Positions 41,827 to 51,905 of a DNA stretch of 64,000 nucleotides are shown here, one piece after another. The DNA is from an uncultured Spirochaetota bacterium (lineage in GTDB: Bacteria; Spirochaetota; Spirochaetia; SZUA-6; Fen-1364): the NCBI GenBank assembly GCA_963781885.1, contig CAWAHW010000004.1, positions 192,001 to 256,000 of the forward strand, read 5' to 3'. Each line of letters opens with the position of its first letter. Within the stretch, counting starts at the first letter, position 1. The translations under genes were made by a program, and so were the position numbers. Under the pieces are notes generated by a model, which saw only the letters and a program-made list of their open reading frames with translations, was not told the DNA's origin and did no database searches.

Positions 41827-42087
41827 TCAAATCCCGTCTTTGTACACATCCCTGCGATGCCCGATTTTGAGAACAAGCACCGACGAGTTACTGAGGCGGT
41901 AAATTATCCGATAGTCGCCAACACGGACGCGGTACAAGTTAAGGCGGGCTTCCAGTTTTACAGCTCCCCTTGGCCGGGGATATGTTCCCAAGGCTTCCAT
42001 GGCGTCGAGAATCCTTATTTGTGCTGAACGAGGAAGCCGCCTGAGTTGCCTCCGCGCCGACGGAGCAACGACTACCCCATAAGTTAC
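41827..42087 (-). CDS. relE: RelE/ParE-family toxin with non-canonical GTA first codon
   Basis: Manual translation VTYGVVVAPSARRQLRRL...GAVKL...YRVRVGDYRIIY...VLKIGHRRDVY; missing from the ORF track. Confidence 0.85.
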   Translation of the reverse strand, partial: VTYGVVVAPSARRQLRRLPRSAQIRILDAMEALGTYPRPRGAVKLEARLNLYRVRVGDYRIIYRLSNSSVLVLKIGHRRDVYKDGI

Positions 42088-42096
42088 GCGGGAACC

Positions 42097-42354
42097 TCAG
42101 AGCCCCAGTTCTTTCCTGAGCTGTGCAGCGGAGATCGTACCCTTTCGGGCTGCTTCTCTGAGTGCCTTTTTTGCATCCTCGATATCCTTCTTGTCCTCGA
42201 TCGCTTCCAGCGTCCTGACGTCCTCAAGAGGAACGATCGCGGCGACCCGTTTGCCCCGGCGAGTGAGGATCACCCTCTCTTTGCCGAAAGCGGCGCGATT
42301 GATCGCTTCGGAAAAACTCTCTCGCAATTCCACCGTGCTCATCTCTCTGATCAC
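42097..42354 (-). CDS. Phd/YefM-family antitoxin
   Basis: STVELRESFSEAINRA...ILTRRGKRVAAIVP. Confidence 0.88.
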   Translation of the reverse strand: MIREMSTVELRESFSEAINRAAFGKERVILTRRGKRVAAIVPLEDVRTLEAIEDKKDIEDAKKALREAARKGTISAAQLRKELGL

Positions 42355-42454
42355 CCTCGGTTTCCTCCAACTTCCCCAAATGTACATTTAAGGAAGCTGG
42401 GCCTGGACAAGCCCCACGACAGTATTCTCTCCCTGGTTCGGTGCAGCTGCCTCC

Positions 42455-43543
42455 TCATTCAGAGCACTGGACAACGACCTTGCCCACGTTGATCTCGCCC
42501 CGGGCAAACGCCTCAAAGGCTTGCTGCAGGGAGACGGGATCGAAAGGAACTATCCTGGTGATCTCGGCCTTGAGCTTCCCCTCCTCGGTCCATTGAACGG
42601 CCCGCTCGAGACCCTGGATGACACTCGCTCGGGCTTGTGGATTCTGGAACTCGGGATCCGTCGCATATCTTCCAAGGTCGCCGATGACCATCCTGCCCCC
42701 TCGTGCCTCGACGACGGAGGACAAGTCTGTCGACCCGAATTGCTTCAACTGCCGGGCGGTTCCCAGGCGGATGTATTCGCCACCCGAGGCAATCACCGCC
42801 GAAGACTGCTGGTAGGACGATGGCGAGTTGGTGGAGTCATAGACCACGTCGACGCCCCGCCCGTCGGTCAGCTTGAAGATTTCCTTCGCCACGTCCTGCC
42901 GGGAATAGTCGATGACGTGATCGACGTGAAGTCGATGCAGGAGCTCTATCGTGGCTGCCTTGCCAGCAGACCCGATGACCTTGAGCCCATGGATCTTGGC
43001 CATCTGGACCGCAAAGTGTCCGAGGCCGCCGCCCGCGCCGGCAATGTAGATCCACTTGCCGCGGTGCCGCTGGATGTCGCCGGACAGGATCAGGCTCTCG
43101 TACGCTGTCAGGAAAGCAATCCCGAAGGTGCTGGCTTCGGTCGCGGGAACACGGCCACGGGGTACGATCCTGTCGGAATGGCTTTTGACCACCGCGTACT
43201 CGGCGAAACATCCTCCTTTGCTGATGCCGCCGAGAACCGGATCGCCCACCTGCAGCCCGCGAGGGCCCTCACCACCCCGCTTGACAATGACCCCGCTGTA
43301 GTCGAACCCCAGAACATAGGGGTCGGGAAGCTGGAAGATATTTCTCCTCGCCATGAGCGGATCCATCTTGTTGATCGACGCATAGTCCACCCGAACAAGA
43401 ATCTCGTCGGGGGCCAGGGACGAAATAGTCTTCCGTTGAAGACTCACAGGATCTCCTTCGTGCGAGATCGCAAGTGTATTGAAACTCAGGGGCAGCTGGA
43501 CCTCTGCGATTGGTAACGATTGATCTGGATGGGAAGCTGGCAT
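42455..43543 (-). CDS. MDR-family NADPH:quinone oxidoreductase-like protein
   Basis: GFDYSG, AGAGGGLG, GKVVV. Confidence 0.88.
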   Translation of the reverse strand: MPASHPDQSLPIAEVQLPLSFNTLAISHEGDPVSLQRKTISSLAPDEILVRVDYASINKMDPLMARRNIFQLPDPYVLGFDYSGVIVKRGGEGPRGLQVGDPVLGGISKGGCFAEYAVVKSHSDRIVPRGRVPATEASTFGIAFLTAYESLILSGDIQRHRGKWIYIAGAGGGLGHFAVQMAKIHGLKVIGSAGKAATIELLHRLHVDHVIDYSRQDVAKEIFKLTDGRGVDVVYDSTNSPSSYQQSSAVIASGGEYIRLGTARQLKQFGSTDLSSVVEARGGRMVIGDLGRYATDPEFQNPQARASVIQGLERAVQWTEEGKLKAEITRIVPFDPVSLQQAFEAFARGEINVGKVVVQCSE

Positions 43544-43636
43544 TTTCTTGTCTCCTTGGGTTCAAGGTACTGACTTGACTTCATACGATCCATGTTCCAA
43601 AGTCCAAACTATCGTCGAGATAGTCCAGGAGGACTC

Positions 43637-44612
43637 GTGGATCCACTTTCCGATGTCATTTCGCTCCTCAAGCCGAATAGTTTCACCTGCAGCGGTTTTG
43701 ATGTCGGTGGGGCGCACTCGGTGCAGTTCCCCCGGTTTGAAGGCGTCAAGTACTACGCACTGGTCTCGGGTCAGCTCTGGTTATTGGTGGAAGGGACATC
43801 GGAAGCGATCCGGCTTGCTGCAGGAGACTTTGTCCTGCTGACCGGTGGACATACGTGTCGCCTGACTTCGGACCCGTCGTTGCCCGCCACCGATATTGCG
43901 GTCTTCAAGTCGATGATCCAGCATAACGGTGACATTGTGACTCTCAACGGGGGCGGAGACTGCCTGACCCTTGGAGGACACTTCCTTCTCTCCGGATACC
44001 ATGCTAATGTCCTCCTCGATCTCCTTCCTCCCGTCATTCACATCCGCAAAGAGTCGGTCGATCCTTCATTTTCATTGGTCCCTCGATCTCTTGATGCATG
44101 AGCTCCGGACCTCCCGACCCGGCAGCAGCCTCGTGGAACAGCACCTCGCCTCCCTGATCCTGATCCAGGCCCTGCGGGTCTACCTGTCTGAAGACTCCCG
44201 GAGCATTTCCGGGTGGTTGTTTGCTCTTTCCGATGAAAAGATCAGCCGCGCGCTGATCGCCATCCACGCTGACCCGGCCCGACGCTGGACACTCCAGGAA
44301 TTGGCCGCGATGGCGGGAATGTCCCGTTCTCTTTTCGCCCAGAGGTTCAAAGCGACGGTTGGTACCTCGGCCATGGAATATGTGACCCGATGGCGGATGT
44401 TCAAGGCAACGGAACGGTTGCTGGACTTCCACGATCCAATCGCTGAGATTGCACCGTCTCTCGGCTACGAGTCGGAGAGTGCCTTCAGCGCTGCCTTCAA
44501 GAGAGTCCTGGGGTGTTCCCCACGACAGTATGTGCGCACTCATTCCAGGCAGAAGGCCCTGGTCGTTGACGATGGTGCGGGGGCACTTGAAATGCCAGGG
44601 CAGAACGGATAA
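43637..44612 (+). CDS. AraC-family regulator, cupin plus HTH (frameshift near 44070)
   Basis: DPLSDVISLL cupin N-terminus in one frame, AGMSRSLFAQRF and GYESESAFSAAFKR in another. Confidence 0.85.
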
Positions 44613-44640
44613 TCCTACACGCAACAGGGAGGAGATACAG

Positions 44641-44724
44641 ATGGGAAACAAGGATAGGAAGAAAGACAAGAAGAAGCCGAAGAAGACCGCGACGAAAAAG
44701 CCGGGCCCTTCGAGCGTGAAGTAG
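44641..44724 (+). CDS. Tiny lysine-rich peptide (27 aa)
   Basis: GGGAGGAG RBS; MGNKDRKKDKKKPKKTATKKPGPSSVK. Confidence 0.55.
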   Translation: MGNKDRKKDKKKPKKTATKKPGPSSVK

Positions 44725-44917
44725 CCCCGACCCCGCCCGCCGCGGCCCACGGCCGGCTTCGCGGCAAGGGTTGACCCGCGGGCGGGGTCACGGTCAGTGT
44801 CGGCCTGTGCGGGCGGAGGGCGACCCGGCCAGGCGCCTCAAGCCCATCCGCCCGTCACGGCGCGGCGCATTCGAGGGGGACGGGCACCCCGGCCCCTGCC
44901 CTCCTCCGCGGTTGCGA

Positions 44918-46681
44918 TTACCCCGCAAGCTCCTGCGCTTTCCACATCTCCGCCATCTTGTCGCCCTCCAGCCTGATGAGCCAGATCACACGGGATTCAC
45001 TATCGATGTCCGGGCACGCTCCCCGGGTCGTGCTGTGCACCGCCACCCTGTCCCCTTCGCTGAGGATCGTCTCCACGCCGATGTGGAAGTCGGGGCACTC
45101 CGCGCGCGTCTTCAGGAGCTCGGCAGGCACATCCTGCGCGCCACGGATCAGCACGTTCGAATGATCCACCCAGTGCGGGTGGAGGATGTCGTGGATGCGG
45201 GAGATGTTGCCGGTATTCCACATCTCGAAGTATCGACGCACCACCGACTTGTTAATTTCGGGATCCGATACCCGGGAAACGGCGCGTCGCGCGCGGATCG
45301 GCCTGATGAGGAACGCCGTGACGAAAAAGCCCGCCGCGGCAAAACCCGATGCCATTCGGAGCGCCACGGTGATCCCGCGCATGAATGCATCGCCAAAGCC
45401 GGTCGTTCCATGGGCCGTTGCTCCGAAAACCGTGACCAGTATCGCCAGGCCGATGGACCCTCCAACGGAAATCATGGTCTGCGCAAGACCCGACGCCGCG
45501 CCTGACTCCTTGCGCTCCACGCCCGACAGTGCCGTCACGTTGAGGGGCATGATGCAAAGCCCCGACGCAAGGCCGATGAGGGCCAGCGGACCGAGCAGAC
45601 CGCCGATGTACGTGCTTGCAGGGGACAGGAAGGTCAGCCAGAAAAGACCGGCGGCTTGCACGAACGTCCCCGTCAGGATGAGACGCCACGGTTCCCACCT
45701 CTTGAGAAGGCGCGGCACCACGCGCACGGTGACCAGGATCATTGCCGCCAGGGGCAGGTACGCCAGCCCCGCCTGCAGCGGGCTGAGCCGCAGCACGCCC
45801 TGGAGGAACTGCGTGGAGAAGAAGAAGGTCCCGAAGTTGCCCGCGATGACGAGGAGCAGCGCCAGGTAGGCGCCGACCCGCCTGCGGTCGGAGAACAGCC
45901 CGAGGGGCAGCAGGGGCTCGGCCGTCCTCTGCTCGTGCCGGATGAAGAAGCCCAGGAGCACGACGGCAAGCGCAAACGCGGCCAGGGCGAGCGGGTTGCC
46001 CCAGCCGGACGATGCCGCGCGTATCAGGCCGAAGACGAGCGACGTCATTCCCACGGTGGAGGAGACGGCCCCCGGCAGGTCGAACCTGCCCTCGCGCCGC
46101 TCGGTTTCCTTGAGAACGATCGGCACGAGGACGACAAGCGCGATGCCCACCGGCACGTTGACAAAGAACACCCATCTCCAGGAGAGCAGCCCCGTGAGCA
46201 CGCCTCCCATGGTGAGGCCGATGATGCTCCCAAGGCTTGCCGCCGCCGAGTAGAAGCTGAGGGCGCGATTGCGCGGCTGCCCTTCCGGGAAGCTCGTCAC
46301 CAGGAGCGCCATCGTGCTGGGAGTGGCGAACGCCGCGCCGACGCCTTGGAGCACGCGCGCCGCCAGGAGCAGCCACGCGTTCGGTGCCAGGCCGCCCAGC
46401 GCCGAGGCCGCGGTGAACAGGACCAGGCCGGTGAGCAGGCTGCGCTTGCGCCCGACGATGTCGCCCGACCTTCCCCCGAGGAACAGGAGCCCGCCGTAGG
46501 CGAGCATGTACGCGTTGACCACCCAGGCCAGGCCGACGGCGGAGAATCCCAGTGCCTGCCGCATCGACGGCAGTGCAATATTGACGATGCTCATATCGAT
46601 GCCGATCATGAGATAGCTCGCCACGATGATCCCGAGGATCACGCCCTGCCGAGCCTCCCTGGTCGATGTTTTCATTTCCAT
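44918..46681 (-). CDS. DHA2 MFS efflux transporter fused to a SnoaL-like domain
   Basis: DMSIVNIALP, WRWVFFVNVPVG; C-terminal NKSVVRRYFE...PDFHIGVETILSEGDRVAV. Confidence 0.88.
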   Translation of the reverse strand: MEMKTSTREARQGVILGIIVASYLMIGIDMSIVNIALPSMRQALGFSAVGLAWVVNAYMLAYGGLLFLGGRSGDIVGRKRSLLTGLVLFTAASALGGLAPNAWLLLAARVLQGVGAAFATPSTMALLVTSFPEGQPRNRALSFYSAAASLGSIIGLTMGGVLTGLLSWRWVFFVNVPVGIALVVLVPIVLKETERREGRFDLPGAVSSTVGMTSLVFGLIRAASSGWGNPLALAAFALAVVLLGFFIRHEQRTAEPLLPLGLFSDRRRVGAYLALLLVIAGNFGTFFFSTQFLQGVLRLSPLQAGLAYLPLAAMILVTVRVVPRLLKRWEPWRLILTGTFVQAAGLFWLTFLSPASTYIGGLLGPLALIGLASGLCIMPLNVTALSGVERKESGAASGLAQTMISVGGSIGLAILVTVFGATAHGTTGFGDAFMRGITVALRMASGFAAAGFFVTAFLIRPIRARRAVSRVSDPEINKSVVRRYFEMWNTGNISRIHDILHPHWVDHSNVLIRGAQDVPAELLKTRAECPDFHIGVETILSEGDRVAVHSTTRGACPDIDSESRVIWLIRLEGDKMAEMWKAQELAG

Positions 46682-46713
46682 GTGTGTCTCACCTCCGTGA
46701 TGAGTCCGTTATT

Positions 46714-46761
46714 CGGAGTGTATCTCCGTTTAGCGAATGGAATATACGGAGGGGTCCTCCG
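46714..46761. promoter_or_regulatory. Two TetR operators
   Basis: CGGAG-N5-CTCCG at 46714-28 and 46747-61 between divergent genes. Confidence 0.75.
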
Positions 46762-46792
46762 ATAGTCAACACGAAAGGTTGATTGGTATATT

Positions 46793-47377
46793 ATGAGAGC
46801 GATGAGTGAAAAAGCCGATCGTCCGCTTCGCGCCGACGCCCAGAAAAATTATGCGCGCCTGATCGACGTGGCAAACAGGGTCTTCATGAAGAAGGGCCCG
46901 GACGCGTCACTGGAAGAGATCGCACGCGTCGCGGAAGTAGGCATCGGCACGCTCTATCGCCACTTCCCGACCAGGACAGACCTCCTGCAGTCGGTGTACG
47001 CCGAGCAGATCGAGGCCTTGATTGCCCGAGCCTACGAGCTGCGTGACAGTTTGCCTCCCCGGGAGGCGCTGCTCTCGTTCCTGGACGCCGCGGCGGACCA
47101 CATGACGAACTACAAGGCCTTGAAGGCCTGTCTCATCACGGCAGGGGAAGGCGCCGCGAAATCGCACCAGCAGTGGGCGCCGCGCCTGTACGAAGCTGTC
47201 GGCGCCCTGCTGGCTGCCGCGGAAAAGGCGGGGGCGGTTCGCGGCGGACTCGAGCCCATGGATCTCATGAAGCTCATCCATGCCATCACGGTGGCAGCGG
47301 AGAAATCACCCGACAGCGCGGCCCAGGCGAAAAAGTTGCTGGGCATCATGACCGACGGCCTGTTCAAGAACACATGA
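46793..47377 (+). CDS. TetR-family regulator
   Basis: RADAQKN, SLEEIARVAEVGIGTLYRHFP. Confidence 0.93.
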   Translation: MRAMSEKADRPLRADAQKNYARLIDVANRVFMKKGPDASLEEIARVAEVGIGTLYRHFPTRTDLLQSVYAEQIEALIARAYELRDSLPPREALLSFLDAAADHMTNYKALKACLITAGEGAAKSHQQWAPRLYEAVGALLAAAEKAGAVRGGLEPMDLMKLIHAITVAAEKSPDSAAQAKKLLGIMTDGLFKNT

Positions 47378-47420
47378 TGCCTGTATAGGCGCGGGCGGGG
47401 CACGCCCGGCTCTACCAGGC

Positions 47421-48107
47421 TTAGCGGGGCTGCATGCCCGCGGTCTGCGCGAGGTGCGCCGTGACCTCAGGGGAAAGGTTCAGCGCGGCAGCGAGCTGCG
47501 CCAGGTAGTCCGTCTCCGCGGGCGTGTCCACCTCGATCGCAAGGAGGGAGGCCGCGTACAGCTTCGCGGCAAGCTCGGGGTTGCCCCGGGCGGCCGCCAC
47601 AAGCTCCGTGGTGTCCAGCGGCTTTGCCATTTCCGCCCTGAGAAAGTCCAGGCCCGCCTTTTCCTCGCCGGATTCATGGATGGCGGCAAGGATGCGGCTC
47701 ATCTCTGATTCGTCGATATGTCCATCCGCCTTGGCGGCGCTGATCATTGCCTTGAGGACGAGCTCGGAGTGCCGCTCCAGCTCTGCCCTTTCCGCGTCGG
47801 TCTGCGGCGCCCGGTAGGCGGGCGGCGCATCCTGGCCCTGGAAGTGGCCATTGTTCTTGAGCGCCTGCCACGCCATGAGGCCGAGCATCGTCACGGCTCC
47901 GCCGCCGATGCCGCCCCTGATGGCGCCTCCCAGCCCCCTGCCCGACCCCATGACCGCGCCGGCCAGCGCTCCTATGCCTCCGATGGCCAGGTTCTGGTTG
48001 CCGCCCATCATGCGACCGGCCTGGTTCAGCATGTTTCCCATCCTGTTCGTGGAGGATTGGCTGACACCCGATTGGAGGAATGATCCAAGCATGTTTCCAA
48101 AGTTCAT
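47421..48107 (-). CDS. DUF533 / TerB-like protein
   Basis: Glycine-zipper N-terminus, AMISAAKADGHID, YAASLLAI. Confidence 0.88.
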   Translation of the reverse strand: MNFGNMLGSFLQSGVSQSSTNRMGNMLNQAGRMMGGNQNLAIGGIGALAGAVMGSGRGLGGAIRGGIGGGAVTMLGLMAWQALKNNGHFQGQDAPPAYRAPQTDAERAELERHSELVLKAMISAAKADGHIDESEMSRILAAIHESGEEKAGLDFLRAEMAKPLDTTELVAAARGNPELAAKLYAASLLAIEVDTPAETDYLAQLAAALNLSPEVTAHLAQTAGMQPR

Positions 48108-48180
48108 GTCTGTGTCCTTGCCGATGATCGTACGGCGGGGCGCACCGGGCTGTCAACGGCAGACGAAATATGAGTGCTCC

Positions 48181-49125
48181 CTACCACGCGCGGGGGATCC
48201 TGTAGAGAACGAACTTGTTCCGAGAGCCACCAAAATATGCCAGGATGTAAACAGTCGCGTTCGGATCGGCGGCGACGAGCTGGAGATTGGCGTCATCCTC
48301 GTATCGAAGACCGTAAAGGCGGACGAGGTCCCCCTTCTTGTTTCGGATTCCAAGGACAGAACCATCTTCCCACGAATAGAAGTTGCCGAACCGGTCAAAA
48401 AAGCAGGTCTGCGGCCATGACAGGTCCGGAATCGAATCTTCCGCAAGACGATCCCTTCTGTTGCTGTTCCAGAAATCGAGAATGCGCTTCGAAATACGAG
48501 CCAGTGGTTTGCCGTCGGAAATCAGGACGCCGTTCTTGTCGAACACGAGCTTCCTGCTTCGCGCTTCCTTGCCTTGAAGGAAGCTTTTCGTTTCATCGGC
48601 GCCTCGAAACACAGGCTCTTGAGCACGACCAGGAAAGAATTGAAGGCTCGAATAGCCACCCTTGTCCGGATTTTCCGACAAAATCAGGTCACCGGCGATC
48701 AGCGTCGGAAAGAATACAGCATCGTCCATCCTCCGCTTTGTCGCACTGTCTTCCCAGGCCGCGCGTATGTCGAAAACCATCTGTCGCGTCGCAAGATCGA
48801 GGACCTGGAGCGTCCGCGGCGGCTGTTGCCCGAATCCGATCAGCCGGCCCGCATCGAAGGCGAGGAAGCACGTGAAGATGTCGAACCCTGGAGAGAACGA
48901 TTCTATCCGCCCGTCTTTCCTGATCTCCGTCGTTCGGTGGTTGTTGGCGTCGGCAATATAGACATTGCCGTCCGCGTCTGCGGCAATGGCGACGGGAGTC
49001 CCGATGGCGTCTTCTGCCGTGCCCATCTCGTATTCACCCGCTGCCTCATCGATGAGACGGGTATCTATCGCGCGGGCACTGGTGCCGACGAGCGCCAGGA
49101 CGAGCACAATCACGGCAGTCTTCAT
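48181..49125 (-). CDS. Secreted NHL-like beta-propeller protein
   Basis: Signal peptide, PVAIAADADGNVYIADANNHR. Confidence 0.7.
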   Translation of the reverse strand: MKTAVIVLVLALVGTSARAIDTRLIDEAAGEYEMGTAEDAIGTPVAIAADADGNVYIADANNHRTTEIRKDGRIESFSPGFDIFTCFLAFDAGRLIGFGQQPPRTLQVLDLATRQMVFDIRAAWEDSATKRRMDDAVFFPTLIAGDLILSENPDKGGYSSLQFFPGRAQEPVFRGADETKSFLQGKEARSRKLVFDKNGVLISDGKPLARISKRILDFWNSNRRDRLAEDSIPDLSWPQTCFFDRFGNFYSWEDGSVLGIRNKKGDLVRLYGLRYEDDANLQLVAADPNATVYILAYFGGSRNKFVLYRIPRAW

Positions 49126-51905
49126 GGCGACGCCTCCCAGTCGACGGTAGCTGAGACGTTGAGAAGGGATTCGACTACCCAACCGCAAAGCCCCTCCGGC
49201 AGCTTTATCCTGTACCAGATTTTGTCCGGAGAGTCGGCGACCGACCTGTCACGCCAACGAGCCTGAACGGTCACCGCGGCGCCACGCGGAAGGTCTGCCA
49301 GGGAAGGGGATGATTCCAAAGGGAACCTCCGCAACTTGACTCCATCTTGCGCGACAACTGCCGCGACGGAGCGATATCCCCAGGTTCGCTCGTGGCGCAC
49401 CAGCGAGTAGAGTCCCCTCGCAGGGGAAGCGACAAGCTCGAAAACCACCCCATCGGCGTCCACGGCGACTCCGCACGATCCGGCGTTCAACAGGACAGTG
49501 CCGAGGACATCGCCTTTTCCAGAAAAGGCCCGCACGACATTCGATTGCAGAAGGTAATAATTCCCGTCCCTGTCGAACCCCATGAGACGGCTTGCCCCCT
49601 CGGTATACGCAGGGCCTGAAAGGTGAATGTTGCGTGCTTTGAAAAGGCGAAGCAGGAGATCGGGGTTGCGCGTGAAAACTCTTTCCCCGTCCATGAGCAT
49701 TCCCTCGGGATTGACCCAGAGGCCTCTCCTGTCGACTTCATGCGCACGGATGAAGGCAAGAGTGCCGTCGTGATTGCGGTACGTTGCCCGCGCACCGGGC
49801 CGCAAGGGAACCTCAAGACTGAAAAGCCAATACTGGTGGGCGGGCCTGTAGTTTGCCCGCGCGGGCGCGGAAACATCGAGCTCGCCAATGAGAAGATCAT
49901 CGCCATATGCATAGTATTTCGGATGTGACGGGTCCGAAGGAAAGGGATAGGCGGCCGCGTCGCCGTGAAAGAGAACAACGCCGCCCGTGGGATCCACCAC
50001 GGTGAAGCTGCCGTCACCGTCCTGCGCGCCCTGGATGATCCGTCCGTCCATCGCGAATGCGTCGCCGAACGAAATGTCACCCAGGGGAAGCTTCGAAACG
50101 GTCGGAACCAATGCCTCATCGAGCTGAATGACGCGCTCATTTGCCGGATCATGAACAAGAAGCGTTCCGTCCGAGGTCCCGAGCATCCCATCGACCTGAA
50201 CGGGTGCCTGCATCTCTGCCGGCGGAGTGTACCCGAGCTGGGTCGCATCATTGCCGAAGGTGAAGGTGCGGACAATCGTGGATGGCCCCGGGAAAGCCAG
50301 CGGGGTCCCCGTGTCCCTGAGCTGCCAGGCTCCGCCCAGGTCTTCGTTCTCTATCGCAACGGCGCTGCGTACCGTTGCGACAAGGCCCCCGCTGGTTGCC
50401 GCCTGATAGGCAGTCTGCGTGAATGAGGCTCCTGGCAATACGCCGGTTTTCGGAAGTGCAAGGATTTCCGCGAGCTCTCCCTGCGCGGTGGGAAAATGTC
50501 GACAAATGACAACCCCGCCGCCATTCGGCTGAAGAAAGCCAAAGGCGGACAATGCCGGCACACCATAGGTGTCGGCCTGGTTGTACGCCCTCCGCCACTT
50601 CATGTCGCCGGTGGGCGAAAAGCGAGCCAGCCATGCCTGGAATTCGGACGCTGACAGAATGGCTCCCGGGCCGCAGACGAAGAGGTCTCCCGCGGAATCC
50701 TGGACCATCCCGCGGGGACGCATTTCGCCTCGCGGGTTGTCAAAGATCTTCTGCCATGCGAGCTTTCCATCGGGTTGAATTTTGCAGAGCAGCAATAATC
50801 CGTTTTTGCCGGCGAAGGTCGTTCCGACGACTGCGAACCCACCATCCAAGAGCTGGACGATGGCATCTGCCGAGCATCTCTGCACCGCCGATATCGGCTC
50901 GACGCTCTCAATGTTCGTCCGCCATATCACGTCACCGTTCGACGTTAGCCTCATGACAAACGCTTGCGAGTATTCGGAGTTCGGCGGAGAGAAGATGCCG
51001 CAAAGAGCATAGCCATTGTCCGTGGTCTGCGCGAGACCGTTCACCTGGATGTTGCTCCCCAGGCAATACTCCTTTGCCCACAACAGCGCGCCGTTGCCGT
51101 CGACCTTGACGACGTAGGCAGACCCGCCGCCGTACGAGATGAGCCCTCCGCCGAAAATCACGGCACCGCCGTCTCTCGTCGAGACGATACTGCACGGTGT
51201 GTTCACGTAGACGGTAGTGAAGCGCCGTTCCCATAGCGAGTGACCCTGCGCATCGATCTTCCCCAGCCAGGTCTGATTCCCCTGGCCCACGAGAGACGGC
51301 GCCGAACCCAGGAGGAGGAATCCTCCATCCACCGCCTGGACGATCGACGTGATGTCGTGCTCTGCCAGAGCCGGGAGGGCACTCTGCAACGTGATGTTCC
51401 CCGACTCATCGGTCAAGATCAGGGAAGGACGACCCTTGGCACCCGACGCCAAGGCAGGGCCTCTCCCGATGAGGGCGTAGCCGCCTTTCGCGCGCTGGGC
51501 AACCGCCGTGAACGCCCCGCCATTCCTGTCCGCGAAGCGAAGAATGCAAAACGGCAGAGCCGGCGCCGGCGAGGATATGCTCTCCTTTCCCATGGCAATC
51601 CACCCCACCTTGTACCAGAAGCCAGTCCCCCCGACGGACGCATGATCGTCAAAAGATGTCTCCTTGATGGGGTCAGCCGTCAGGCGGCTGAAAATGCCTT
51701 CGGGCGACGCGGAGCGGTACACAAAGTAACCTTCGGCGCCATTGACAGGATCCCATGCGATTCTGTTCAAGCCAGGCGGACACGCGACGGCGGTGATTTC
51801 ATCCAGTCGGGCGACGCCCGTGACCCCGCTGGCGGCCCCCGCGTTCGCCGAAACGAGCGAAAACACCAGCACGAGAAAAAGCGTTGCGATTCGTGATCTC
51901 ATCAT
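49122..51905 (-). CDS. Large secreted protein: FN3-like, beta-propeller repeats, NHL-like region, SH3b-like C-terminus
   Basis: Signal peptide, WDPVNGAEGYFVYRS, repeats DGG...KxDxxGxxxW, C-terminal WYRIKLPEGLCGWV. Confidence 0.75.
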   Translation of the reverse strand: MMRSRIATLFLVLVFSLVSANAGAASGVTGVARLDEITAVACPPGLNRIAWDPVNGAEGYFVYRSASPEGIFSRLTADPIKETSFDDHASVGGTGFWYKVGWIAMGKESISSPAPALPFCILRFADRNGGAFTAVAQRAKGGYALIGRGPALASGAKGRPSLILTDESGNITLQSALPALAEHDITSIVQAVDGGFLLLGSAPSLVGQGNQTWLGKIDAQGHSLWERRFTTVYVNTPCSIVSTRDGGAVIFGGGLISYGGGSAYVVKVDGNGALLWAKEYCLGSNIQVNGLAQTTDNGYALCGIFSPPNSEYSQAFVMRLTSNGDVIWRTNIESVEPISAVQRCSADAIVQLLDGGFAVVGTTFAGKNGLLLLCKIQPDGKLAWQKIFDNPRGEMRPRGMVQDSAGDLFVCGPGAILSASEFQAWLARFSPTGDMKWRRAYNQADTYGVPALSAFGFLQPNGGGVVICRHFPTAQGELAEILALPKTGVLPGASFTQTAYQAATSGGLVATVRSAVAIENEDLGGAWQLRDTGTPLAFPGPSTIVRTFTFGNDATQLGYTPPAEMQAPVQVDGMLGTSDGTLLVHDPANERVIQLDEALVPTVSKLPLGDISFGDAFAMDGRIIQGAQDGDGSFTVVDPTGGVVLFHGDAAAYPFPSDPSHPKYYAYGDDLLIGELDVSAPARANYRPAHQYWLFSLEVPLRPGARATYRNHDGTLAFIRAHEVDRRGLWVNPEGMLMDGERVFTRNPDLLLRLFKARNIHLSGPAYTEGASRLMGFDRDGNYYLLQSNVVRAFSGKGDVLGTVLLNAGSCGVAVDADGVVFELVASPARGLYSLVRHERTWGYRSVAAVVAQDGVKLRRFPLESSPSLADLPRGAAVTVQARWRDRSVADSPDKIWYRIKLPEGLCGWVVESLLNVSATVDWEASP

